Notes under the pieces: model-generated
What the model saw: only the letters and a program-made list of their open reading frames with translations
Database searches by the model: none
What the model was told of the DNA's origin: nothing
Part shown: positions 30,903-40,959 of the stretch, one piece after another
Position numbering within the stretch: position 1 is the stretch's first letter
Layout: every line of letters starts with the position of its first letter
Assembly: GCA_963817895.1 (NCBI GenBank)
Contig: CAWFQB010000005.1
Coordinates: 416,001-480,000 of the forward strand
Length of the DNA stretch: 64,000 nt
Direction of reading: 5' to 3'
From: an uncultured Chthonomonadaceae bacterium
GTDB taxonomy: Bacteria > Armatimonadota > Chthonomonadetes > Chthonomonadales > Chthonomonadaceae
Translations under genes and position numbers: made by a program

Positions 30903-31850
30903 CTACTGAAATACCGGAAATTGAGTGTGGCTCAAACTGCTGTTGACATCATGGCGGAGGCGATCCGCAAAGACCAGGGCCGCAATTCCCAACAGAACCC
31001 CTCCCCCGATTATATAGGGCCAGGGACTGCCGCCATGAGAAACGCGGTCATTGCGAAACGCGGATTCCGCCAGAACCTGATCGTCTTTTTTTACTTGCAG
31101 CGTGGTTTTGCCGGGCGTCCCCTCCGGGCTTTCCACGATGAGCAGACGGGACGAGGCCGCTAACAGGCGCGCGGGCTTGTCGCCCACCTGCGCCTGATAC
31201 ATCAGCGCGTCTGCGCCCACATTGCCCTGTAATACCAGTGGACGTCCGATGTCGCCCCGCTTCGGCAAGATAAATTTGCCGTTTGTCGCGCCGCCGCTCG
31301 GCGGATTGTCGGACGGGGAGGCGGTTTTGGAGGAGTTGGCGGCAATTGGCGACGCAACTATGGGCAACTCCGTCTGCGCCAGTGAGCGATCCTGCGCATC
31401 CTCCAGGATCAGCGTGTTGGTATCCGGGCGCGTTTCGGCAGGCAGTGTCCAGGTCAGGGGCGTTTCCTGTACCGGGTGGTTCTGCGCGTTCCAGACCAGA
31501 TGATAGGCGGCGAGGGCGGCGCGATTCGTGGTACGCTCGGCCTCCTCTTTACCTTTGGGCTGTAGGCGCATCGTGCCGACAACGCTTTCGGAGGGATGCA
31601 GGTCCGGGGGCAAATACACGAGTATTTTGCCCTCCGGCGTCTGGTACGTGGCGATACACACGCCGGAAGCGGCATCAAGAGTGGCGCGAAACCCTTTGCG
31701 GGCATGGAACACGGAGCGCGTATCCTGCGCCCCCGCGCCCGGAAGAAAACTGCTGACAATCCCTGTATTCAGGAGAAAAGCGAGGAACAAACAACTCCGC
31801 CGCGCGCGTTTTCTCCGCGTGGACTGGCACACTGCTGAACGATAACGCAT
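30903..31850 (-). CDS. Hypothetical exported protein with C-terminal membrane anchor
   Basis: Basic then hydrophobic N-terminus (…GAGA-Q), beta-rich body, TM segment PWPYIIGGGVLLGIAALVFA. Confidence 0.7.
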   Translation of the reverse strand: MRYRSAVCQSTRRKRARRSCLFLAFLLNTGIVSSFLPGAGAQDTRSVFHARKGFRATLDAASGVCIATYQTPEGKILVYLPPDLHPSESVVGTMRLQPKGKEEAERTTNRAALAAYHLVWNAQNHPVQETPLTWTLPAETRPDTNTLILEDAQDRSLAQTELPIVASPIAANSSKTASPSDNPPSGGATNGKFILPKRGDIGRPLVLQGNVGADALMYQAQVGDKPARLLAASSRLLIVESPEGTPGKTTLQVKKDDQVLAESAFRNDRVSHGGSPWPYIIGGGVLLGIAALVFADRLRHDVNSSLSHTQFPVFQ

Positions 31851-31951
31851 GACACACTCCTTTGAATCTGCTGTTTGATCTGCGATACAATCGTCTTCTG
31901 CCTGACGCCGGTTTAACCACCAATTTGCTGTCCCGAATTTTGTCTGTTGCG

Positions 31952-32716
31952 CTACGATAGCGTCCGCGCGGCTTTAGCGGCCTGTTTGCGCCGTCGCAGA
32001 AAGGCGGCTCCGGTTACGGCCATGCCGGTAAGGAGGGCGATGCTGCCGGGTTCAGGCACGGCGGCAACCGACGTTGCCTGGAATTCGCTGATGACGAAAT
32101 TGCCGTTGTTGGGCTGTCGTCCGGGCCCTCCCGTGGGCAGGCCGTTCGCGGGATCATTGATCGCGTTTAAGAAGATGCCGGTAATCGGCGTTGCGGAGTC
32201 CACGCCGGCCTCAATGGTGTAAACATCGGTGTTCGGAATGGCCCCGCCAACGAGGATATTGCCAGTTGTCGGGAACGTGAAGGTAGACCCATTCAGCGAA
32301 CTTGCGCCATTGATTGTGAAGAGTGTTTCCGCGCTTGCCAGAGTTGGCGAGGCGTCGGTGGTATAGCCGAGGCTGAAATCGCCAAGCAGATGCTGCTGAT
32401 CATAGTTTTGAGAGATCGTGAAGGTCAGAGATTGTGGCCCGGAAGCGAGCGCGTTTTGCAGCGTGAAAAGCGCGGATTCGCTTAATGTTTGATCGCCACC
32501 GCCGTTGTTCCGATAGATTGCCCACCCGTTGAATCCTGAAAGGGTTCCATCAATCATTTCGGCGGGGTTCCAGTCCCGGTCAAATGTCTGATGGAACGTC
32601 GCCTGAGCGCTGCTGAAAGTCACCGGGTCGGCCTGCGCCGCAACAGAGCCGACAATCAAACCGGTAATTACCAGTCCCGAGCAGATGAATGTTTTGAGTG
32701 AAAAATATGGATTCAT
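31952..32716 (-). CDS. PEP-CTERM surface protein
   Basis: Signal peptide (AQA-D); C-terminal VPEPGSIALLTGMAVTGAAFLRRRK. Confidence 0.88.
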   Translation of the reverse strand: MNPYFSLKTFICSGLVITGLIVGSVAAQADPVTFSSAQATFHQTFDRDWNPAEMIDGTLSGFNGWAIYRNNGGGDQTLSESALFTLQNALASGPQSLTFTISQNYDQQHLLGDFSLGYTTDASPTLASAETLFTINGASSLNGSTFTFPTTGNILVGGAIPNTDVYTIEAGVDSATPITGIFLNAINDPANGLPTGGPGRQPNNGNFVISEFQATSVAAVPEPGSIALLTGMAVTGAAFLRRRKQAAKAARTLS

Positions 32717-32787
32717 GCAAATGTCCCTCCACGTTGAGACGGACGCGAACAGTATACGCGCAATTATTCCGTCCTTATTGTCATTAT

Positions 32788-32803
32788 TGCAAAATTCATG
32801 CCA
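32788..32803 (-). promoter_or_regulatory. Sigma-54 (-24/-12) promoter
   Basis: Minus strand TGGCATGAATTTTGCA (GG-N10-GC), about 70 nt upstream of the PEP-CTERM ATG, with an AT-rich tract further upstream. Confidence 0.7.
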
Positions 32804-32951
32804 AACTGCGCTTTTTTGCTATCCTAAATAAAAATTTTTGAAATAAATTTCTTTTGAGATAAAAAATATCTTGAATTCAAAAAAGGCAGGATGAGTTTTA
32901 ATTCATCCTGCCCTTTCGTGTCGTTATGGCGTTCGCAAAGCGCGTTCGGAC

Positions 32952-34292
32952 TTAGAAGGTCACGACGCCGTGCGGATGGGCGGCGTCCGTCAGGTTCAGA
33001 TTGACCGCGCTACCCTGTTCCGTCACGGTTCCGTCGCTGTTCACTTTCAGGGTGTGCATGTAGTTGCCGCCGTGATACGTCGGGTCCGGGTTCATGCGGT
33101 GCGAAACCACGTACAGGTACTTCTCATCCGGGGTGAGCGACAGTTCCGCCGAGCCGCTGGAGGTGATTGTCAGAATATTGGGAATCGCCACATACGTCGC
33201 GCCGGCATTTTGCAATTGGAGATGCTGAACCTCGCGCGGAGCCAACGGATTGGACAGGTCGAACATGGAAATGCTGTCGTCGCCCGTATTGGAGGTGTAC
33301 ATGCGGCTTGCGCTTTTGTTGATTTTAATCCAGCAGTTCGCGACGCCAGCAGATGCAGCGAAGGAATTGAAGGTCATTGCGCCGCTGGAATCATACGGGT
33401 ACACGCCGACTTCATGGGTGAGGGGCGAGCAGGCATAAACGATGCGCTGCGTGGGATGTACCTGTACTCCCTGCACAACGCTGTATAACGGCGCAAACAT
33501 GTCAGGCGTGCCGGCGGGAACCGGCACGGGCGGAGTCAGCGCGGCCCCGTTCTGAGTGAGGCTGCCATCCGCATTGATCTTCCAGGAGCGCAGAGGGCCG
33601 GTAGTCGGCGTCGCGATAACGGCGAAGAAGTCGTTGGTGAACATCGTCTTGCCGTCGGGCGAGGCCAGAATCTGCGCGGCGGACGCGCCCGGATTGGCTG
33701 TCACGGTATCGCCCGGTATTTGCGTGAGCGCGCCGTCTGAGGCCACATTGAAGACCGTGTAGGTTGGCGAACCGCTGCCGCCCGCGCCCGACGCCACGTT
33801 CTTGTTGGCGCAGTACAGCTTGTTGTTCAGCAGCGCCAGTGAAACGGGGTTGACGCCCCCGGACGCAAAGGGCGAACCGGAGATGTGCGTGAGCGTCCCG
33901 TCTGTGTTGACCTTCATTACGGCAATGGTATTGCTGCCGCCATTGACCGCAAACAGCAGTTTATGATCCGAGGTGGTAATGATCTGCTGATCATTGTCGG
34001 GCGGGCCGATGGTTTCCGTAGGATTGGGCAATCCCTGCCCGCGCAGGTCGAACGGGCTGCCGGCAAGCGTGGTCAGATTGCCGCTGCTGTCGGCGCGGAA
34101 GGCGAGAATGGCATTCTGGCCCGGTTCGTTGGACTCGGTGTAAACGAGGCGGGTCGGTGTGGAGGTGCTGCTCTTGCCGCCGTCACACCCAAACAGACTC
34201 AGGGACAGGCCCACAGCGGCCAATCCGGTGAAAACAAGGCGGCGTCCATTTCTTTGCGCGGACATCTTTGTGCGCGTAGTTGCAAACTTCAT
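32952..34292 (-). CDS. Lactonase-like beta-propeller lipoprotein
   Basis: Lipobox LFG-C; GSPF repeats, LFAVNGGSNTI, SPDGK, LTPDEKYLYV. Confidence 0.8.
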   Translation of the reverse strand: MKFATTRTKMSAQRNGRRLVFTGLAAVGLSLSLFGCDGGKSSTSTPTRLVYTESNEPGQNAILAFRADSSGNLTTLAGSPFDLRGQGLPNPTETIGPPDNDQQIITTSDHKLLFAVNGGSNTIAVMKVNTDGTLTHISGSPFASGGVNPVSLALLNNKLYCANKNVASGAGGSGSPTYTVFNVASDGALTQIPGDTVTANPGASAAQILASPDGKTMFTNDFFAVIATPTTGPLRSWKINADGSLTQNGAALTPPVPVPAGTPDMFAPLYSVVQGVQVHPTQRIVYACSPLTHEVGVYPYDSSGAMTFNSFAASAGVANCWIKINKSASRMYTSNTGDDSISMFDLSNPLAPREVQHLQLQNAGATYVAIPNILTITSSGSAELSLTPDEKYLYVVSHRMNPDPTYHGGNYMHTLKVNSDGTVTEQGSAVNLNLTDAAHPHGVVTF

Positions 34293-34503
34293 TTCTACAT
34301 GTTCTCCTGTCAAACGTTTACCCCTGATTTTCATGGCATCAGGCGGTTTACTGCGCGGAATTGTCAACAACGATGTTGATGTTGACATGCAGGCGAAGTA
34401 TTCGTTCTGCATGCCTGTTATTCCTGCGTGGTCAACAGACAAAATAGAGCAAAAGTTCACACGAGGAACAAAAAACTTTCAGAACGCAGGTTTTTTCAAC
34501 AAA

Positions 34504-34542
34504 AACTCCCTTTTTCCAGACGGATGCTGGAAAAAGGGAGTT
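34504..34542 (-). terminator. Intrinsic terminator after the DUF4142 gene
   Basis: 16-bp perfect stem AACTCCCTTTTTCCAG/CTGGAAAAAGGGAGTT with a T-run on the minus strand. Confidence 0.7.
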
Positions 34543-34620
34543 CAATTATGCGAGTGAAGGGATAAGGTTGAAGGAATGTGTTGAGAAAGCGGGAGAATCA
34601 AAACCACCCGCTATCATTCT

Positions 34621-35220
34621 CTACTTGCTCATCTTATCCATTTTGTCCATTTTGCCCATAGACTTCATCGCCTTCATGTCCGTAATCATCTTGTCGTGTT
34701 CCTGAATGGCGGGCAGGTATTTCTGCGCATAGGCTTTCACGTCGGCGTCCTTGCCGCTGCTGATCTCTTTCTGGAATGCCGCGATAGTCTTATCGTGGCC
34801 TGTTTTCTGTACTTTGGAGTAGCTGGCGTCGAACGCCGCGCCATTGAGCGTCATCAGTTTGGCAAGCGCAGCCTTGTTATCCGGGCTGGTGTCACCCTTC
34901 AGTTTCACGCTTTTGCTGGCAGCGAGTTGTTTCAACTCGTCCTCCGCCGTTTTATGGTCATCAATCATCTTCTGACCGAAATCTTTGAGCGGCTGTTTGG
35001 TAGCCTTCTTCAATGCCACTTCGCTGGTCTTGATCTCGGCGATATTAGAGTATTCCGCCATCTGCATGAACATTTTGTCCTGCGCGCTGACCATACCCAT
35101 TTTACCCATCTTGTCACCCTTGCCCATTTTGTCCATTTTATCCTGGGCAATCGCAAGGCCACTTAGGGTCGTAAGCGCAACGGCGGTCAAAATCAGTGTG
35201 GGCTTCACGGCATACTTCAT
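34621..35220 (-). CDS. Secreted DUF4142 (ferritin-like) protein with Met/Lys/Asp-rich termini
   Basis: AGGAG RBS, signal peptide; DKMFM..A..AEI, FGQKMIDDH, FDASY, LPAIQEH; MDKMGK repeats at both ends. Confidence 0.85.
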   Translation of the reverse strand: MKYAVKPTLILTAVALTTLSGLAIAQDKMDKMGKGDKMGKMGMVSAQDKMFMQMAEYSNIAEIKTSEVALKKATKQPLKDFGQKMIDDHKTAEDELKQLAASKSVKLKGDTSPDNKAALAKLMTLNGAAFDASYSKVQKTGHDKTIAAFQKEISSGKDADVKAYAQKYLPAIQEHDKMITDMKAMKSMGKMDKMDKMSK

Positions 35221-35496
35221 TGTGTAAACTCCTTGGAAATCTGTCGAACTCGCAAACATTTCTGCTGAAAAACAAATGGGCATTGCAGCCGACAAGTGTT
35301 TTTTCTGAAGACGGCGGCGTTAGTAAAACGGAACGCGCGGGGAAAGTGTTCCCGAAAAATTTAATATACAGGTGTTCAAGTGTTCAGGTATTTGAAAAGT
35401 GAGCAAAGTACGATGGAAACAGGATAAAACTCCACAAAAGTAGAATAACAGCAGCAGAGAAAAGCCTGAACAATTGTTTTACAGGAGCAAACGATC

Positions 35497-36333
35497 ATGG
35501 ATACGACATTGCAGCCGACGACGGCAATGCAGCCTATGGTGACGCTGACACAGGAGCAGATTGACTTTTACCATCGGGAGGGCTATCTGACTCTGGAAGC
35601 GATTACCACGCCCGAAGAGGTAGCGTGGCTGCGCGACATATACGACCGTCTGTTTGCCAGTCGCGCCGGACGCGAAGAGGGCAATCAGTTCGATCTGGGC
35701 GGCACGGATGAGGAGGGTAAGGAGGCTACTCTGCCGCAGATTTTGAACCCGGCCAAGTACGCGCCCGAACTAAAGAACGGGCAGTTTCGCGTGAACGCCC
35801 TGCATGTCGCGCGGCAACTGCTCGGCCCGGACGCGCAGGCAATGGGCGAACACGCCATTTTCAAGCCCGCCCGCATTGGAGCCGCTACGCCCTGGCATCA
35901 GGATGAAGCGTACTGGAACCCCAACATGCGCTACAATTCGTTCAGCCTGTGGATACCGCTTCAGCCGGCCACACCGGAAAACGGCTGTATGCAGTTCGTT
36001 CCGGGCAGCCACCGCTCGGACATTCTGCCGCATCACAGCATCAACCATGATGTAAGGATTCACGGCCTGGAATTAGATGAGGTGGATACGAGCTGCAGCG
36101 CAGCCGTCGCCAATGCCGTTCCCTGCCCGCTGCCTCCGGGCGGCTGCACTATCCACCACAACCGAACCCTGCACTACGCCGGCCCCAACATTTCCGACAT
36201 TCCCCGCCGCGCCTACATCCTGGGTTTCGGCCTGCCGCCCACGCCACACGAGGAACCCCGCGCCTTCCCCTGGAACGACAGCAAGCAGACTCCACGCGCC
36301 GAGCGCGCAAAGCAGGCGGAGAAAGAGAAATAG
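35497..36333 (+). CDS. PhyH-family 2-oxoglutarate/Fe(II) dioxygenase
   Basis: FYHREGYL, TPWHQD (HxD), ENGCMQFVPGSH, TLHYAGPN..RR. Confidence 0.92.
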   Translation: MDTTLQPTTAMQPMVTLTQEQIDFYHREGYLTLEAITTPEEVAWLRDIYDRLFASRAGREEGNQFDLGGTDEEGKEATLPQILNPAKYAPELKNGQFRVNALHVARQLLGPDAQAMGEHAIFKPARIGAATPWHQDEAYWNPNMRYNSFSLWIPLQPATPENGCMQFVPGSHRSDILPHHSINHDVRIHGLELDEVDTSCSAAVANAVPCPLPPGGCTIHHNRTLHYAGPNISDIPRRAYILGFGLPPTPHEEPRAFPWNDSKQTPRAERAKQAEKEK

Positions 36334-36348
36334 CCCCCCGCGGCTCCG

Positions 36349-36393
36349 CCTATCCCCGGCCCCTTCTCCCAAAAAAGCCTGGGAGAAGGGGAG
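36349..36393 (+). repeat. REP-like palindrome
   Basis: CCCCTTCTCCC-AAAAAAGCCT-GGGAGAAGGGG; same element as 28792-28837. Confidence 0.8.
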
Positions 36394-36480
36394 TCACCAA
36401 TTATCAGAATGTACGGCGAACGGAGTTCATCAGGCTAATCCATAAAACCTAAAACCATAGAACCTTAAAACCATAACCCC

Positions 36481-37677
36481 CTACTCGTGATGCTGTTTTT
36501 CCAGAGGCTCGCCGCCCTGATCTATAACGTTTGTCCACGCCTGAATCAAGCGCTGATAAGCGCGTCCAACCGGGCGCAGTTTGCGGTCTAAATCGTACAG
36601 GCCCACTTTGTACACGCGGTTGTTCTCCTGCGTCAGGCCGGTATCCCAATCCATCTGGTCGGTCAGGCTGTACCAGGTGAAGCCGACAATGGGGATGCGG
36701 TCATCGCGCAATCGAATCATGCTGGACCACTCTTTCCATAGCCACGTTACGGCCTGATCGGTAACGGCGTTGGTTTCGGTGTGCATCACGGGCAGATTGT
36801 AGCGGTCATAATACTGCTTGGTGATGACGTAGTAGCCCAAAATCTCGCCGGACGGGACCCACTCATCCTCGCGCGTCATGAGATGCTCGTTCCACTGGTA
36901 GTAGTCGTTGCCCATTACGCAGTTGCGTGGCTGTTTGCGGTTCATAAACAGCTCGTAATCCTGTTTGGGAAAGCCGTGCGCCAGCAGGTGTTCGTAGATG
37001 GAAACGCGGGCGTCGTGTCCGTAAGTGAAATCGAGGGGCAGAAAGCGGATACGATTCCAGAAGCGGGCGGCTTCGATCATGTCGGGGTGAGCGGGATGCC
37101 AGTATTCGCTGCTTTCGCTCTGAATAAAGATGGGGTCGCGGATGTGTTGGCAGATCACGTCCATCGCCAGCACGTTCATCATACACATGTGGCGCATCGC
37201 CGTGAGAAATGGGCCATGCCCGCGTTCGCGCTCGTTCCACATTCCGAGCCAGCCGCTGAACAGGGACGCGACAAAAATCTCATTTACGGGCGTCCAGTAG
37301 CGCACCCAGGGGTAGCGTTTGGCGCAGGCTTCGGCGTACTCCACGAAGTAGCGGGGCAGGTCGGGATTCTGGAAGTTGCCCATCCAGTCGGGAACTCCAA
37401 AGTGGCACAGGTCGAGAATGGGTACGATGTCAAGCCGCCGCATTTCCGCCATTGCCGCGTCCGTCCATTCCCAGTCGTACCGTCCCGGCCCGAGCCAGAC
37501 TTTGTGCAGGGGCGGCCCCCAGCGCAGATAGCGGATGCCCATTTCGCGGGTCAGGGCAAAATCTTCCTGAAAGCGGTCATAGTGGCCGCATTTCTCCATC
37601 TGGTCAATGCGTTTCCCGTCCGCGATGGTCGGGTAGCTGTTCTCAATGCCTGTGGAAAACAGAAAGGGGGCTGTCAT
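36481..37677 (-). CDS. GH1-like beta-glycosidase
   Basis: TGIENSYP, LCHFGVPDW, TPVNE (acid/base), MHTETN (nucleophile), GFTWYSLTDQMDW. Confidence 0.88.
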   Translation of the reverse strand: MTAPFLFSTGIENSYPTIADGKRIDQMEKCGHYDRFQEDFALTREMGIRYLRWGPPLHKVWLGPGRYDWEWTDAAMAEMRRLDIVPILDLCHFGVPDWMGNFQNPDLPRYFVEYAEACAKRYPWVRYWTPVNEIFVASLFSGWLGMWNERERGHGPFLTAMRHMCMMNVLAMDVICQHIRDPIFIQSESSEYWHPAHPDMIEAARFWNRIRFLPLDFTYGHDARVSIYEHLLAHGFPKQDYELFMNRKQPRNCVMGNDYYQWNEHLMTREDEWVPSGEILGYYVITKQYYDRYNLPVMHTETNAVTDQAVTWLWKEWSSMIRLRDDRIPIVGFTWYSLTDQMDWDTGLTQENNRVYKVGLYDLDRKLRPVGRAYQRLIQAWTNVIDQGGEPLEKQHHE

Positions 37678-37928
37678 GGCGTCCTCGGCGTGAATGGAAT
37701 GTCCGGCGCGCATACTTGCGCGTGAAACCCCCACTTCCCCACCATGAACATGAAATCCTTCTCATTTTCAACGGGAATTACTGATTTCAGAGTTCGATTA
37801 TAAAACTGCTTTCGTTACTCATCAAAAGCGACGGAAGTTCCGAATTTTCGTTGCAGCAAAAAGACGCGGGGAGAATCGGTTTTACGCGACAATCCCTGCG
37901 TCTTCTTTATGATTGTTCCTGTTGCGCT

Positions 37929-38117
37929 TCACGCGGCGATATTCACCCGATGGCCCGCGTCTTTGGTCAGGGCGACGCGGTTGGCGGCTTCCTGTGGCTT
38001 TACGTGAGTTTTCACGGCAGCGGTGGCCGGGACGCGAGGGGCAGCCGGTTTCTGTTTTGCCACGCGATTAACAGCAGGTACGTGAGTGATGCGTCTTGGT
38101 GTCGTGTCGATGTTCAT
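37929..38117 (-). CDS. Small basic protein under a sigma-28 promoter
   Basis: AAGGAG RBS then ATG 38117; 62 aa, ending G-HRVNIAA. Confidence 0.65.
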   Translation of the reverse strand: MNIDTTPRRITHVPAVNRVAKQKPAAPRVPATAAVKTHVKPQEAANRVALTKDAGHRVNIAA

Positions 38118-38161
38118 AAGTGAACTCCTTTCCCTCTGAAAGGCTCCGACACGCAACCATG

Positions 38162-38188
38162 TTATCGGCAAGCATCGCGCTCTCCTTA
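38162..38188 (-). promoter_or_regulatory. Sigma-28 (FliA/WhiG) promoter
   Basis: Minus strand TAAG-N15-GCCGATAA; the established consensus is TAAA-N15-GCCGATAA. Confidence 0.75.
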
Positions 38189-38209
38189 ACCGGTAAAGTT
38201 GCGGAAAAA

Positions 38210-38285
38210 GGGAGTAGGTTGTAGGGAGTAGGGGAAGCCTTGTTCAACTTGCGTATTGTCCTACTCCCTACAACCTACCCCCTAC
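38210..38285. repeat. Inverted tandem-repeat element overlapping the serine hydrolase stop
   Basis: GGGAGTAGGTTGTAGGGAGTAGG / CCTACTCCCTACAACCTACCCCC (23 bp, 1 mismatch). Confidence 0.8.
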
Positions 38286-39586
38286 ATCCTGCCAAACAAA
38301 TCGCCTTCAGGCCACGTTTTCACTTTTCCGGCGGCGACGTGCAGAGCGCCGTCTATTTCGCCGTCCGAGGGCATATTGCCCGTAGAGCGCTGATTGAACA
38401 GAGCGGCCCACGCGAGGCCGTCCCACCGGCGAATCAGCCATGTGCTTGTGCCGGGAAGACTGCCGGTATGCCAGATATTGCGCTTTGCCTGCGCCCCGTT
38501 TTCGACTTCGCGCGCCTGCCAGCCACAGCCGTAATAGACCGGGTTTGTTCCGGCGTCGGCATCCTGTAGCGCGTCAGGACGGGCGTACATGGCGCGGACG
38601 CTTTCGGGTGTCATCAGCGGTCTGCCCTGTGGAAAGTCTAAACCTCCTGCAAACCGCGCCAGATCAACCGCCGAGGCCAGCCAGCCGCCGTGCGCGTCCA
38701 TCGCCTCGATGTTGAACCCGCCATAGCACCACGACACCTGTTCACCATTGGATTCAGGGAAAATGGAAGCGGTTTCCTCCCCCGGCTGATAATAGCAGAC
38801 CTCGTTTTCGCGCCGATTCTTGCGCAGTGAACGCCCCAACGCCATGCGCTGAATGTGCAGGGGCGCGAGAACCGATTGCTGTACGTAGGTTCCATACGGC
38901 AATCCTGTCACTTTCTCAATCACGCGGCCCAACACGCAGTAGCCAAAGTTGGAGTAGGCGTAATGTGTTCCCGGATCGGTATCCAGCGGCTTGCCGAGCG
39001 TCCAGCGGATGATGGCGTGGGCGTCGGCGGGCGCGGGTGTGCCGAGGGCATGGGCGATTTCCAGCGGCCTGAACATCGGGTCGCCGGACTTGTCGCGATC
39101 CCAACCGGCCGTATGCTGCAGCAGTTGCCGAATGGTGATGAATTCAAGGCGCGGGTCGAGTTTTGCGCCGGGTTCCAGATGCGGGGCCAGTCCGAGCAGG
39201 GGAAACGCGCGAGTATCCAGCGTCAGTTTGTAGCGCGGGTTCTGTATCAGCGTGAATATTGCCACAGCGGTGAACGGCTTGGAAATGCTGGCGATGCGGA
39301 ACAGCGAACCCGGCTGAACGCGCTGCCCGGTCGCTTTATCCGCCACGCCATAACCCCGCGCATACACTAATCGCCCGTCCTTCACGACGGCAAGCGAACC
39401 ACCCGGCACATTGCGCTTCTGCATAAAGGCGGTCATGGTATCATCGAAACTTTGCAGGTCGGGATTGAAAACGCCCGTTGTAGGAAGCGCGTCGCCCCAT
39501 GGCGCGGCTTCGGAACCCTCGGTCATAGCCTGAACTCCCAATGTAGATAGCACAGTAGTCTGCAGCAGTTGTCGGCGTGTCAGCAT
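38282..39586 (-). CDS. Tat-exported serine hydrolase (beta-lactamase class C/AmpC-like family)
   Basis: TRRQLL twin-arginine signal; FRIASISK (SxxK), LLQHTAG, YAYSN, WHTG. Confidence 0.9.
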   Translation of the reverse strand: MLTRRQLLQTTVLSTLGVQAMTEGSEAAPWGDALPTTGVFNPDLQSFDDTMTAFMQKRNVPGGSLAVVKDGRLVYARGYGVADKATGQRVQPGSLFRIASISKPFTAVAIFTLIQNPRYKLTLDTRAFPLLGLAPHLEPGAKLDPRLEFITIRQLLQHTAGWDRDKSGDPMFRPLEIAHALGTPAPADAHAIIRWTLGKPLDTDPGTHYAYSNFGYCVLGRVIEKVTGLPYGTYVQQSVLAPLHIQRMALGRSLRKNRRENEVCYYQPGEETASIFPESNGEQVSWCYGGFNIEAMDAHGGWLASAVDLARFAGGLDFPQGRPLMTPESVRAMYARPDALQDADAGTNPVYYGCGWQAREVENGAQAKRNIWHTGSLPGTSTWLIRRWDGLAWAALFNQRSTGNMPSDGEIDGALHVAAGKVKTWPEGDLFGRM

Positions 39587-39715
39587 GTTTCTTCTTTCTT
39601 TCAGGATTGTTCTGTTTGATTATGCCTGTTTCGCCATTGTCCGTGACGCTTCCTGCCTTGCTTTGGACGTATGCACTGTTGAACACACTATACAAAAGGA
39701 GTTCTGCCCCTTCCT

Positions 39716-40765
39716 ATGACAGACAGCACCGAACTGATTCGTGAACTGATTGCGCTTGTTGGCCCGCCCGGCGAAGAAAAAGCCGTTGCCGCGTGGGTGA
39801 CGCAGAAACTTACGGAGTTGGGTTACGCGCCCGAAACCGACGCCAAAGGCAATGTTCTTGCCCGCTTACAGGGGCGGCAGGATGGCCCGAACGTGCTTGT
39901 CACCGCGCACATGGACGAGATCGCCACGATGATTACCCACATCGAGGAGGACGGCAAAATCCGAATCGCGGCGTATGGCGGCTCGTACCCGTGGAAATGG
40001 GGCGAGGGCGCATTGGATATACTGACCCGTGAGGGAACCGTGACGGGCATTTTATCGTTCGGCGGCATTCACACCAATAACGAGAAAAGCGTGGCCGAAT
40101 ACGCCCGCCACAATCCGCTGACATGGGATCGCGCCTACGTTTTTACCGGCCTGAACCGGGCGGAACTGGAAGCGCGGGGCGTTCGGGTCGGGCTGCGTGT
40201 CGTCCTTTCCCCTTCCCGGCGCGGCCTGACCGAGTTCGGCGCGTTCATAGCCGGGTATTTTCTGGATGACCGGGCGGATATTGCCGTGATGCTGCTGGCG
40301 CTGGAGATGCTGAAATCACAGCCCGACGGCGAAAACGCGCGATACGGGCAGATAACCTTTGCGGCTACCGCGTCTGAAGAAGTAGGCGGCGAGGGCGCGT
40401 TGTGGATTATGAACCAGAAGCCGCCCGACATCTGCATCGCGCTGGAAATCGGCCCGAAAACTGTAGACGCGGATTTCCCCATTGACGCGCAGCCCACGCT
40501 CTGGGTACGCGACGCATACGCCGCTATGGACGCGCATGACGGCGACCTGCTGACAGACTGTTGCCGCGAATTAGGACAGACTCCCCACTGGCAATACCTG
40601 TCTCGTGGGGGAAGCGATGCAAGCTGCGCGGCGGCGAAAGGTCTGTGCGCCCGTCCCGTCACGCTCGGCCTGCCCGTTGAAAACTCGCATGGCTATGAAA
40701 TTATGCATCGCGACGCCCCGAATGAACTCGCCCGCCTGCTGCTTGCCTACTTGAAAGCGATTTAA
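39716..40765 (+). CDS. M42-family metallo-aminopeptidase
   Basis: GPPGEE, AHMDE, LDDRAD, SEEVG, GGSDA, NSHGYE. Confidence 0.9.
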   Translation: MTDSTELIRELIALVGPPGEEKAVAAWVTQKLTELGYAPETDAKGNVLARLQGRQDGPNVLVTAHMDEIATMITHIEEDGKIRIAAYGGSYPWKWGEGALDILTREGTVTGILSFGGIHTNNEKSVAEYARHNPLTWDRAYVFTGLNRAELEARGVRVGLRVVLSPSRRGLTEFGAFIAGYFLDDRADIAVMLLALEMLKSQPDGENARYGQITFAATASEEVGGEGALWIMNQKPPDICIALEIGPKTVDADFPIDAQPTLWVRDAYAAMDAHDGDLLTDCCRELGQTPHWQYLSRGGSDASCAAAKGLCARPVTLGLPVENSHGYEIMHRDAPNELARLLLAYLKAI

Positions 40766-40781
40766 CAGGAGAGACAGAAGA

Positions 40782-40950
40782 AATAGACAGGATTAACAGG
40801 ATTTTCAGGATTAAACAGGATTAAAATCACGAAAAGAGGTTATTCACATTGCGTAACCACGTTTGTAAATCGTGTTGACAGAACAGCCTCTTCATCTTGC
40901 ATCCGAACTAATCCTGTTTAATCCTGAAAATCCTGTTAATCCTGTCTATT
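40782..40950. repeat. 42-bp perfect inverted repeat built of CAGGATT-based 9/10-mers, 85-bp spacer
   Basis: 40782-40823 is the exact reverse complement of 40909-40950. Confidence 0.92.
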
Positions 40951-40959
40951 GTATCCATC

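Noticed and set aside
40782..40950. CRISPR array (also considered for the other tandem arrays and the 47978/48919 repeats)
   Set aside because: Units are 7-10 bp with no unique spacers, or too few and too far apart; no cas genes in the window.
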